DNA from: a bacterium
GTDB taxonomy: Bacteria; Patescibacteriota; Minisyncoccia; UBA9983
Assembly: GCA_013152035.1 (NCBI GenBank)
Contig: JAADHB010000013.1
Coordinates: 1-42,362 of the forward strand
Length of the DNA stretch: 42,362 nt
Reading direction: 5' to 3'
Within the stretch, counting starts at the first letter, position 1; every line of letters begins with the position of its first letter. A program made the position numbers and the translations under genes. Positions 15,957-23,214 of the stretch are shown here, in pieces. The notes under the pieces are model-generated. The model was not told the origin of the DNA and did no database searches. It saw nothing but the letters and a program-made list of their open reading frames with translations.

Positions 15957-16136
15957 ATGTCCGCCAGTTTGTCGAAAGATGAGACTCGGTCACGAGTTAC
16001 TAAGTCTTTTGTTCGCGCTGCGCGCTCCAAAAGCCTAAATACTCTCGACCCCGGCTCGTCCGTCGCCTGCGGCGACATGGCTCCGCCTTTCGAGTCCTGA
16101 CGCAAGCAAAGCAGTTTGCTTGCTGTGGGCGGACAT
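15957..16136 (-). ncRNA. unclassified structured RNA candidate (~180 nt) immediately downstream of tRNA-Lys
   Basis: A 9-bp closing stem (15957-15965 / 16128-16136) encloses three hairpins: 16102-16123 (9 bp perfect), 16062-16076 (6 bp) and a long one at about 15988-16050. Non-Watson-Crick positions are G:U only when read on the minus strand. The region looks more GC-rich than other spacers and has no credible ORF. Confidence 0.5.
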
Positions 16137-16160
16137 TCGCTCCACTTCGTTCCGCTCTTG

Positions 16161-16233
16161 TCCGCCCACCAGGACTCGAACCTGGGACACTCGGCTTAAA
16201 AGGCCGCTGCTCTACCAACTGAGCTATGGGCGG
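16161..16233 (-). tRNA. tRNA-Lys (anticodon UUU)
   Basis: The reverse complement CCGCCCATAGCTCAGTTGGTAGAGCAGCGGCCTTTTAAGCCGAGTGTCCCAGGTTCGAGTCCTGGTGGGCGGA folds as a cloverleaf. It has a 7-bp acceptor stem, GCTC/GAGC D stem, anticodon loop CTTTTAA and T arm CCAGG-TTCGAGT-CCTGG. No CCA is encoded. Confidence 0.93.
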
Positions 16234-16263
16234 ATGCTCGCTCAACATAGGCGAATTATATCC

Positions 16264-17154
16264 TTAATATGACTTCCAGTCAATGATTTTACCGTTTCCG
16301 TCGCGAAGGATTATCGTTTCCCTCTTTGCCCTCCAGAGTTCCGCGCCCCTCCCGAGATATATTCTCCATTCCGGCTTGTAAAAATCCGGATCTCTTTTAT
16401 GCGCGTCAACGCACGCGTTGTAGTTTATTTTTCTTCCGAGATATTCTCGGCACGCCGGCGAAAGGGGTATCGCGCTCAGGTCTGCCGGCACCTCGCATCT
16501 GGGCAGCCGCTCAAGATAATCAAGGCAGGAGTCGCCAAGATTGTTGGGCAGGTCTTCGTCTATGGGGCGAGGGCATTCCTTTGGAATATACGGCTCAAAA
16601 TCCTGAAACTGCTCAAGGTAGCCGGAGCATTTGTTCAATCGGAAACTGACCCCGATGGGGCTTTCTCCCGTCACCACGACGGCCTTCTCTCCCGGATTGA
16701 GAAACACCGGATATTCCCTGTTGAGCCGCCCGGAGTAAGGCAGGGGCGAGGCACCCCCTATTTTTATGTCCAGCCCCGTTTTTCCTTCAAGCGTCCAACC
16801 ACTGATGAGAAGCGGTTTTTCGCTCCTTGAAGCCGCGCGGATTTCCACGAACTCTTTTCGCGGATCGGTCCTTTTCGCGGCGTATCCCGCGCGAAGCGTC
16901 GCCTTGTATTTATACGCCGACTCCGTGGTTGGTTCTTCCGTCTTTACTTCCTCCTTCGGCGCTTCCTTGGCGACCTCTTCGGAAATCTCGCTCGTTTCTT
17001 TCCGTATTTCTCTTTGGTGAGTTTTCAGCGGTTCATGCAGCACCGGTCCGCTTGTCGCCGACGGCCTCTGCGGCCCGCCGGTGTAAAACCACACTATCGC
17101 GAGTCCGAACAGCATAAGCGCCACGAAAATCAAATCTTTTTTTGCGTCATCCAT
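16264..17154 (-). CDS. secreted/membrane-anchored protein with a lamin-tail-like (LTD) domain and a Cys-rich C-terminal region
   Basis: 296 aa with an N-terminal TM (..LIFVALMLFGLAIVWFY..). ..EFVEIRAASRSEKPLLISGWTLEG.. ..PGEKAVVVTG.. resembles LTD. Eight Cys lie in the last ~110 aa. Confidence 0.5.
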   Translation of the reverse strand: MDDAKKDLIFVALMLFGLAIVWFYTGGPQRPSATSGPVLHEPLKTHQREIRKETSEISEEVAKEAPKEEVKTEEPTTESAYKYKATLRAGYAAKRTDPRKEFVEIRAASRSEKPLLISGWTLEGKTGLDIKIGGASPLPYSGRLNREYPVFLNPGEKAVVVTGESPIGVSFRLNKCSGYLEQFQDFEPYIPKECPRPIDEDLPNNLGDSCLDYLERLPRCEVPADLSAIPLSPACREYLGRKINYNACVDAHKRDPDFYKPEWRIYLGRGAELWRAKRETIILRDGNGKIIDWKSY

Positions 17155-17196
17155 CTTTTCATTCTAGTAAAGTTTCGCCTTAATTTCCACTTTTTC

Positions 17197-17232
17197 GCGG
17201 CGGCTTCCGGCGGGCGGGGCAGAAATGGGCGC
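17197..17232. repeat. left copy of a 36-bp imperfect direct repeat (relic of the fpg 3' end)
   Basis: GCGGCGGCTTCCGGCGGGCGGGGCAGAAATGGGCGC matches 18344..18379 at 32 of 36 positions. On the minus strand it reads ..AHFCPARRKPP.., compared with fpg ..AHFCPVHQKPP.. Confidence 0.75.
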
Positions 17233-17293
17233 CGGGGGAACCGACACCGGGCTTGTTTTTTCACGTCATTTATGATACGATTTTCATATAAAA

Positions 17294-18340
17294 ATGATAC
17301 GATTAAACAAAAGACAGGATGAGATTTTGTCGCTTTTGGAAAGCGGCGGCCTGTCCGTTTCCGAAATACGCGAAAAGCTTTCCGCCACCCTGGGCGAGGT
17401 TTCCAAAATCACCGTCAACAGGGACCTGGAGAAGTTGATCGGCTTAAACTACGCGGCAAGAACAGGCAGGGCAAGGGCGGCGCGATATTTTCTGTCTCCC
17501 CACTTTAATCTCGTCAGGCCCGTCAAAATTGAAGAGTATTTCAAGGTTGAACCGGACAAAAGAGACGCGAAAGAGCGTTTTGATTTCAGTGTTTTCGCCA
17601 TTCTTAAAAATATTTTTACAAGCGAAGAAGGAAAGCGGCTCAACGAACTGAACGAAGAATACCGAAAAAACCTCAAAAAACTTTCTCCCGCGTTGCGGAA
17701 AAAAGAATTTGAACGGCTGGTGATAGAATTGAGTTGGAAATCCTCCTTGATTGAGGGCAACACCTACACGCTTTTGGAGACAGAATCCTTGATCAAGGAA
17801 AAGAAAGAACCCAAGGGGCACAAAAAGGAAGAAGCGATAATGATTTTGAACCACAAAAAGACTCTTGATTACATTAGGAAAAATCAAAACAAATTCAAAA
17901 CGGTAAGCGTGTCAAAAATAGAAGACATCCATTATTTGCTTACCAAGGGATTGGGGATTTCAAGGAGTATAAGGAAGTCCGCCGTGGGAATCACCGGCAC
18001 CAAGTACAAGCCGCTGGACAATCAATTCAAAATCAGAGAGGCGCTGGAAAAGACTTGCCGTTTGATAAACAAAGAAAAAGACTTTTTTGCCAAGGCGCTT
18101 CTCGTGTCCGTTATGATCGCCTATATTCAACCCTTTGAGGATGGCAACAAGAGAACCAGCAGATTGACGGCCAATGCGGTTTTAATGGCCCACGGGTCTT
18201 GCCCGCTGTCTTACCGAAGCGTTGACGAAACGGAATACAAAAAGGCGGTTATTCTTTTTTACGAACAAAACAATATCAGTTATTTTAAAAAACTGTTCAT
18301 TGAGCAGTTTGAGTTCGCGGTGAAAAATTATTTTACTTAA
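17294..18340 (+). CDS. HTH-Fic/Doc family protein with a degenerate active-site motif
   Basis: 348 aa with an N-terminal wHTH (..LSVSEIREKLS..VSKITVNRDLEKLIG..) and an inhibitory-helix-type motif S-S-L-I-E-G (17741-17761). The Fic core reads QPFEDGNKRTSR (18128-18163) instead of HxFx(D/E)GNGRxxR. Confidence 0.85.
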   Translation: MIRLNKRQDEILSLLESGGLSVSEIREKLSATLGEVSKITVNRDLEKLIGLNYAARTGRARAARYFLSPHFNLVRPVKIEEYFKVEPDKRDAKERFDFSVFAILKNIFTSEEGKRLNELNEEYRKNLKKLSPALRKKEFERLVIELSWKSSLIEGNTYTLLETESLIKEKKEPKGHKKEEAIMILNHKKTLDYIRKNQNKFKTVSVSKIEDIHYLLTKGLGISRSIRKSAVGITGTKYKPLDNQFKIREALEKTCRLINKEKDFFAKALLVSVMIAYIQPFEDGNKRTSRLTANAVLMAHGSCPLSYRSVDETEYKKAVILFYEQNNISYFKKLFIEQFEFAVKNYFT

Positions 18341-19238
18341 TCTGCGGCGGCTTCTGGTGAACGGGGCAGAAATGGGCGCTCCGTTGCCCTATTTTGATTT
18401 TTTTGATAATTCCGCCGTCATTCTTTTTGCATTTGGTTCCCGTCATTTGGTAGGCGTAATGCATTTCTTGGTAGCGCCCCTTCCTTCCGAAGGCGTCGCG
18501 GTAATCAATATATGAGCTTCCTCTCGCTTTTATCGCTCGCCTGAGAATCGGCTTTATGGACGAATATATTTTTTTAATTTCCTCCGCGGTTAATTTGTCC
18601 GTTTTCTTCGCCGGGTGGACTCCCGCCGCCCATAATATCTCATCCGCGTAGATGTTGCCGATGCCGGCGATTATTTTCGGATCCATCAAGACTTGCTTAA
18701 TCGCTCGCGAGCCGCGCAAACGCTCCTTGAATTTTTTGAGAGTCAGGTTTTTGTCAAAAGGGTCCGGTCCCAATTCCCCAATGTCCTTAAGTTCCGCCAG
18801 TCTGTCCGTCGGCCAAAGCAAAACTTTGGCGAATTTCCGCATGTCGCACAGCGCTAGTTGAAATCCGCTGGACAAAAAGAATACAAGGCGGATGAAGCGG
18901 TTTTCCGGATCGTCCCGCAGGGGGCCGGGAATGGCGCTTTTCCACGCCGTTTTTCCGTCCGGCGTTTTTTTCTCCTTCCATTTTCCATACAGCAGATGCC
19001 CTGTCATTTTCTGGTGGACCAAGAGTGTCATGTTTCCGGACAAATGAACAAGAACATTTTTCCCCTTTCTCTCAACGCCCAAAATCTTCCGTCCGACTAT
19101 CTCTTTTTTGAATTTGCCGAAACTTTTCGGCTCCTTGATGTATTTTTCAAAATCAGTCCAAACATCCCGGATTTTCAATCCGGGCAGGACGCTTTCCAAG
19201 CCGCTCACGATTGTTTCCACCTCGGGCAACTCCGGCAT
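18333..19238 (-). CDS. mutM: formamidopyrimidine-DNA glycosylase (Fpg/MutM family)
   Basis: MPELPEVETIVSGL.. is the N-terminal catalytic signature, so the start is taken at ATG 19238 rather than the listed 19337. An H2TH region follows. The 3' end overlaps the convergent fic stop by 8 nt. Confidence 0.9.
   Translation of the reverse strand: MPELPEVETIVSGLESVLPGLKIRDVWTDFEKYIKEPKSFGKFKKEIVGRKILGVERKGKNVLVHLSGNMTLLVHQKMTGHLLYGKWKEKKTPDGKTAWKSAIPGPLRDDPENRFIRLVFFLSSGFQLALCDMRKFAKVLLWPTDRLAELKDIGELGPDPFDKNLTLKKFKERLRGSRAIKQVLMDPKIIAGIGNIYADEILWAAGVHPAKKTDKLTAEEIKKIYSSIKPILRRAIKARGSSYIDYRDAFGRKGRYQEMHYAYQMTGTKCKKNDGGIIKKIKIGQRSAHFCPVHQKPPQIK
18344..18379. repeat. right copy of the 36-bp direct repeat (inside the functional fpg 3' end)
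   Basis: GCGGCGGCTTCTGGTGAACGGGGCAGAAATGGGCGC; see 17197..17232. Confidence 0.75.
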
Positions 19239-19277
19239 ACACCCATTATAGCAAAATTTGCAAAAAATCGGGGTTTT

Positions 19278-19286
19278 TGGTATAGT
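19278..19286 (+). promoter_or_regulatory. extended -10 (TGGTATAGT) 7 nt upstream of the rpsO ATG
   Basis: TGGTATAGT lies at 19278..19286 and the ATG at 19294. No SD is present. Confidence 0.5.
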
Positions 19287-19293
19287 GATGGTA

Positions 19294-19572
19294 ATGTTAA
19301 CCGCAAAGAAAAAACAGCCAGTTATTGAAAAATACAAGGTTCATGAAAAAGACACCGGTTCTCCGGAGGTTCAGATTGCCGTTTTGAGCGCCAAAATAGA
19401 CGCTTTAGCGAAACATCTCAAGAAAAACCACAAGGATAACCATTCGCGCCGCGGACTTTTGAAAATGGTGGCCGATCGCCGCGCGCTGCTTGCCTATTTG
19501 CAGAAAAAAGACGAGAAAAGATACAATACCCTCGTTAAAAAACTGGAACTGAAGAAAGCGAAGAAAAAATAA
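19294..19572 (+). CDS. rpsO: 30S ribosomal protein S15
   Basis: ..[49 protein letters not shown].. is the S15 signature. The start is chosen at 19294 (MLTAKKK..) rather than the listed 19258. Confidence 0.93.
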   Translation: MLTAKKKQPVIEKYKVHEKDTGSPEVQIAVLSAKIDALAKHLKKNHKDNHSRRGLLKMVADRRALLAYLQKKDEKRYNTLVKKLELKKAKKK

Positions 19573-19599
19573 TAATTTGCCCGGAGCGGCGAAATTCGC

Positions 19600-20115
19600 A
19601 TGTTTTCAATCACAAACTCAACAATATACAAGAACCAGCGAGTCGCTGTTTTTATTGATGTTCAAAACCTTTACCACTCGGCGCGCGCGATTTACCAAAA
19701 ACGCGTGAATTTCAAGGAGCTTTTGGATGTCACGGTGGGGCAGAGGAAGCTTATCCGCGCGTTCGCCTATGTCGTCAGAACGAAAACCGGCGAGGAAAAG
19801 CCGTTTTTTGAAGCGTTGGAAAAACTTGGGATTGAGATGAGGATTAAGGATTTGCAGGAGTATTACGGGGGAATGAAAAAAGCGGACTGGGATGTTGGAA
19901 TCGCCGTTGACGCCATTAAGACTTCTCAAATTGTTGACGCGATAGTCATTGCCAGCGGGGACGGGGATTATATCCCTCTCGTTGAATATCTGAAAAACCA
20001 AGGAAGGAGGGTTGAGGTGATAGCCTTCGGCCGCTCCACTTCGGCAAAACTCAGGGAAATCGCCGACGAATTTATAGATCTGGATGAAAACCCGAAGAAA
20101 TATTTGCTGAAATAA
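19600..20115 (+). CDS. NYN-domain (LabA/DUF88-like) putative RNase
   Basis: 171 aa with ..VAVFIDVQNLYHSA.. ..DWDVGIAVDAI.. ..IVIASGDGDYIPLVEYL.., the NYN/LabA pattern. Confidence 0.75.
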   Translation: MFSITNSTIYKNQRVAVFIDVQNLYHSARAIYQKRVNFKELLDVTVGQRKLIRAFAYVVRTKTGEEKPFFEALEKLGIEMRIKDLQEYYGGMKKADWDVGIAVDAIKTSQIVDAIVIASGDGDYIPLVEYLKNQGRRVEVIAFGRSTSAKLREIADEFIDLDENPKKYLLK

Positions 20116-20163
20116 GGGAAAAAGCGGTTGCGGAATCGGGATAATTTTGATACATTGAAAATA

Positions 20164-20397
20164 ATGACTACGCTCACTATTCCGAAAAAATTAACCAAAG
20201 GAGAGGATTTGATGATAGTTCCCAAAAAGAACTACCAGGAGTTTTTGAGGTGGCAAAAATTCGTCGGGAAAAGAATGGCGGAAGAAAAAGACACTGATGA
20301 AGCAATCAGGGTTTATAAGAGAGAGAAAAGAGCGGGGAAATTAAAAACAGCGGTTTCGTTCAAGGAAATACTAAAAGAAGCCAAACGCCATGCCTAA
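20164..20397 (+). CDS. antitoxin, paralog of 1813..2061
   Basis: MTTLTIPKKLTKGEDLMIVPKKNYQEFL.. is shared with the first antitoxin. It overlaps the downstream toxin by 8 nt. The listed ORF starts earlier, at 20128. Confidence 0.6.
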   Translation: MTTLTIPKKLTKGEDLMIVPKKNYQEFLRWQKFVGKRMAEEKDTDEAIRVYKREKRAGKLKTAVSFKEILKEAKRHA

Positions 20398-20665
20398 GTT
20401 CGCCGTCAATAAGATTGATTATTCTTCTTATTTTGCCCGCGCCTTGGGTAAATTAACTCCCAAAATTCAACAAAAATTTATTGAGAAAGAAAAAATATTT
20501 ATGGCTAACGCGTTTGACGCGAGATTAAGGACGCACAAGCTCCACGGAAAATACAAGAATCATTGGTCATTTTCAGTTTGCGGATCCTGTAGGGTTATGT
20601 TCGCGATTACCGGGAAAGAGGCGGTTGAATTTATTAACATTGGCGATCACGATATTTACAATTAA
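20390..20665 (+). CDS. RelE/YafQ-like toxin, paralog of 1562..1816
   Basis: ..DARLRTHKLHGKYKNHWSFSV..RVMFAI..IGDHDIY.. parallels the first toxin motif for motif. Confidence 0.7.
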   Translation: MPKFAVNKIDYSSYFARALGKLTPKIQQKFIEKEKIFMANAFDARLRTHKLHGKYKNHWSFSVCGSCRVMFAITGKEAVEFINIGDHDIYN

Positions 20666-20710
20666 TTTTGACAGCCGTTTGCCGCGGCAATATCGTTTTC
20701 AAATAAAATT

Positions 20711-21661
20711 ATGAACAAAAAAGAGTATTCTATCGATTTTGGAGGGGAAAAGCTTTCCGTTGAAATATCGGATTTGGCGGAGCAGGCGAACGGCTCCGCG
20801 CTCGTCCGCTACGGAGAAACAACTGTTTTCGCCACCGCCGTAATGTCAAAACACAAGCGCGAGGGCCTGGACTATTTTCCGTTATCCGTTGACTATGAAG
20901 AGAAATTTTACGCCGCCGGACAAATTCTTGGCAGCCGTTTTATGCGCCGTGAAGGCAGGCCGTCCGAGGAGGCGATTTTGACGGGCCGCGCCATTGACCG
21001 GACCATTCGCCCGCTTTTCAATAAAAAGATAAGGAACGAGGTCCAGGTTGTGGTGCTGGCGCTTTCCGTTGACAAGAAAAACGATCCCGATGTTCCGGCG
21101 ATAATCGCCGCTTCGCTGGCTCTCGGCATTTCCGACATTCCATGGGGAGGGCCCGTCGGGGCGGCGAGGATTACCTTCGCTGACGGGAAATATCTGACCA
21201 ACCCGACGCACGACGAACGGAACGGCGTTGATTTGAGCGTGCTCGCTTGCGGAAAAGACGGGAAAATAAATATGATAGAGGCGGGCGGATTAGAAGTGAA
21301 AGAAGACATCGCCGTTTCGGCATTGGAGGCGGCGGCGAAGGAAATCAAAAAAATTCAAAAATTCCAGGAGGAAATAATCAGGGAAATCGGCAAGGAAAAA
21401 CGCGCGGTGGAAATCAAGGGGGACCCCAAGGGAATGAAAGAATTGTTTGATGAAAAATTTTTGTCAAAAGTGAACGAAATCATCTATGGGGGCGAAATGG
21501 GCGAACTGAACGATTTAAAAAGCGAATGGCTGAAGGCGGTTGAAGAAAATATCGGCGAAGGAAATAACTTGCCGGCGGACGATTTTTTTGAGGAAAAAAT
21601 AAACGAAATAATACACGAAGAAATCATAAACAACGAAAAAAGGCCCGACGGCAGAAAATAA
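20711..21661 (+). CDS. pnp: polynucleotide phosphorylase, fragment 1 of 3 (first RNase PH domain)
   Basis: ..[10 protein letters not shown].. ..[23 protein letters not shown].. ..RTIRPLF.. It ends ..RPDGRK* at TAA 21659-21661. Confidence 0.92.
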   Translation: MNKKEYSIDFGGEKLSVEISDLAEQANGSALVRYGETTVFATAVMSKHKREGLDYFPLSVDYEEKFYAAGQILGSRFMRREGRPSEEAILTGRAIDRTIRPLFNKKIRNEVQVVVLALSVDKKNDPDVPAIIAASLALGISDIPWGGPVGAARITFADGKYLTNPTHDERNGVDLSVLACGKDGKINMIEAGGLEVKEDIAVSALEAAAKEIKKIQKFQEEIIREIGKEKRAVEIKGDPKGMKELFDEKFLSKVNEIIYGGEMGELNDLKSEWLKAVEENIGEGNNLPADDFFEEKINEIIHEEIINNEKRPDGRK

Positions 21662-21663
21662 AA

Positions 21664-22542
21664 TTGGACGAAGTGCGCCCCATTTTCGCCGACACGGGAG
21701 TTTTGCCGGTCGTCCACGGATCCGGAGTTTTTTACAGGGGCGGAACGCACATTCTTTCTCTAGTCACTCTCGGCGGACCGAAAGAGGGCCAGCTGATTGA
21801 GGGAATGGAAGTGCAAACCGTAAAGCATTTTATGCATCATTACAATTTTCCTCCGTTTTCAACCGGCGAGACGGGCAGAATGGGAGGAACCGGCAGGAGA
21901 GAAGTCGGGCATGGCGCCTTGGCGGAGAAAGCGTTGTCGGCTGTCATTCCCTCTCGCGAAGATTTTCCCTACACCATCAGGGTTGTTTCGGAGTCAATGG
22001 CGTCAAACGGATCCACATCTCAGGGGTCAATCTGCGCGTCAACAATGGCGCTGATGGATGCCGGAGTGCCCATTAAAAACCCGGTGGCGGGGATTGCCAT
22101 GGGATTAATGTTGAAAGACGAGAAGAATTACAAAATACTAACGGATATTCAAGGGCCGGAGGACCACCATGGCGATATGGATTTCAAGGCGGCGGGCACC
22201 AAAGAGGGCATTACCGCCATCCAAATGGATGTTAAAGTCGCCGGCGTCACCGTTGAAATTCTCAAGGAGGCGCTGGAGCAGGCGAAAAAGGCGAGGGAGG
22301 GGATTTTGGAGGTTATGCTTAAGGCGCTGCCCGGACCTCGCGAGCTTTCAAAGCGCGCTCCCGTGATCATGAAAATTATGATTGACCCGAGTAAAATCGG
22401 CGCGGTTGTCGGTCCCGGCGGGAAAATGATCAACAGTATCATTGAAAAAACGGGCGTTGAAATAGACATAGACCAAGACGGAACGGTGCTCATCACCGGA
22501 AAAGACCGCGAGGCGAGGACGCGGACAAAGCGAAAAAGATAA
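21664..22542 (+). CDS. pnp: polynucleotide phosphorylase, fragment 2 of 3 (second RNase PH domain + KH)
   Basis: [25 protein letters not shown].. ..[15 protein letters not shown].. ..[14 protein letters not shown].. ..[12 protein letters not shown].. ..[14 protein letters not shown].. Confidence 0.92.
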   Translation: MDEVRPIFADTGVLPVVHGSGVFYRGGTHILSLVTLGGPKEGQLIEGMEVQTVKHFMHHYNFPPFSTGETGRMGGTGRREVGHGALAEKALSAVIPSREDFPYTIRVVSESMASNGSTSQGSICASTMALMDAGVPIKNPVAGIAMGLMLKDEKNYKILTDIQGPEDHHGDMDFKAAGTKEGITAIQMDVKVAGVTVEILKEALEQAKKAREGILEVMLKALPGPRELSKRAPVIMKIMIDPSKIGAVVGPGGKMINSIIEKTGVEIDIDQDGTVLITGKDREARTRTKRKR

Positions 22543-22568
22543 TAGAAGGGCTGACGCACGAATACGAA

Positions 22569-22880
22569 GTGGGGGAAATTGTTGAGGGGCCGGTTTCAAG
22601 GTTGTTTGACTTCGGCGCCATGGTGGAAATCGGACCGATGCAGGAGGGCTTGGTCCACATTTCCGAACTCACTTTGTTCAGGGTGAACAAAGTGACGGAT
22701 GTGGTCAATGTCGGAGACAAGGTGAAGGCGAAAATCATCAGCATTGACGAAAAAGGCAGAGTTAATCTCTCCGTTAAGCAACTGGATCCCAACTACAATC
22801 CGTCCGCCGACCCGCGACGGAACGGAAACGGCAGAACCTTTGGAAACAACAACCACTCGCGAAACGGCGCCGGCAGATAA
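22569..22880 (+). CDS. pnp: polynucleotide phosphorylase, fragment 3 of 3 (S1 domain; homologous frame is open from about 22518)
   Basis: ..[33 protein letters not shown].. ..[22 protein letters not shown].. is an S1 domain. The same frame upstream reads [18 protein letters not shown]. Confidence 0.9.
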   Translation: MGEIVEGPVSRLFDFGAMVEIGPMQEGLVHISELTLFRVNKVTDVVNVGDKVKAKIISIDEKGRVNLSVKQLDPNYNPSADPRRNGNGRTFGNNNHSRNGAGR

Positions 22881-22885
22881 AAACC

Positions 22886-23152
22886 ATGGCTTGGAATAAT
22901 ATCGGGATTTTTTTGGAGAGGTTTAAGGGGTTGAAGCCCCCGAAGCAATTTACGCGGGATGAGACCGCCGGCGCCGTTGGTAGGGCGATTGGCGTTTCCG
23001 TCAATCCGGAAGAAATTGAAGAAAGAGGGGGTGTTGTTTACATTAAAACAAAAAATCCGATTTTGAAAAATCAGATTTTTATGAATAAAGAAAAAATTTT
23101 GGAAGAACTCTCAAACACTCTCGGAAACAGAATAAAAGACATCAGATTTTAG
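22886..23152 (+). CDS. small conserved hypothetical, possibly DUF721/DciA-like
   Basis: 88 aa. The C-terminal ..[41 protein letters not shown] resembles the DUF721 pattern as I remember it. The assignment is weak. Confidence 0.35.
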   Translation: MAWNNIGIFLERFKGLKPPKQFTRDETAGAVGRAIGVSVNPEEIEERGGVVYIKTKNPILKNQIFMNKEKILEELSNTLGNRIKDIRF

Positions 23153-23214
23153 CGTTTCAACGCGCCGGCGAATCTTATTAAAAAGGATTTCTCGGCGCGT
23201 TTTTGCCGCGTATT

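Noticed and set aside
15957-16136. Assigning the structured RNA to SRP RNA (4.5S), tmRNA, 6S or RNase P RNA
   Set aside because: Only a loose resemblance to the SRP helix-8 5' side and GNRA loop is present, and the conserved AGCA side and hairpin geometry do not fit. There is no tRNA-like 3' end or plausible tag ORF for tmRNA. There is no GGAAAGUCC-type RNase P core, and the fold is multi-branched rather than 6S-like. It is left unclassified.
16000-16248. 82-aa and 70-aa minus-strand ORFs (16000..16248, 15893..16105)
   Set aside because: They run through the tRNA-Lys gene and the structured RNA candidate. The translations are R/P/S-rich with no homology.
20142-20674. TAATTTTGA(T/C)A repeat flanking the second RelE-like TA pair (20142-20153 and 20663-20674)
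   Set aside because: It is only a 9-bp perfect match, very AT-rich, and the left copy is 22 nt from the module. It is consistent with the cassette pattern but too weak to claim on its own.
22533-22542. -1 slippage on A-AAA-A before the TAA as the mechanism for pnp break 2
   Set aside because: The homologous frame ([12 protein letters not shown]..) is already in use about 15 nt upstream of the A-run, so the frame change lies near 22513-22520, where no slippery sequence exists.
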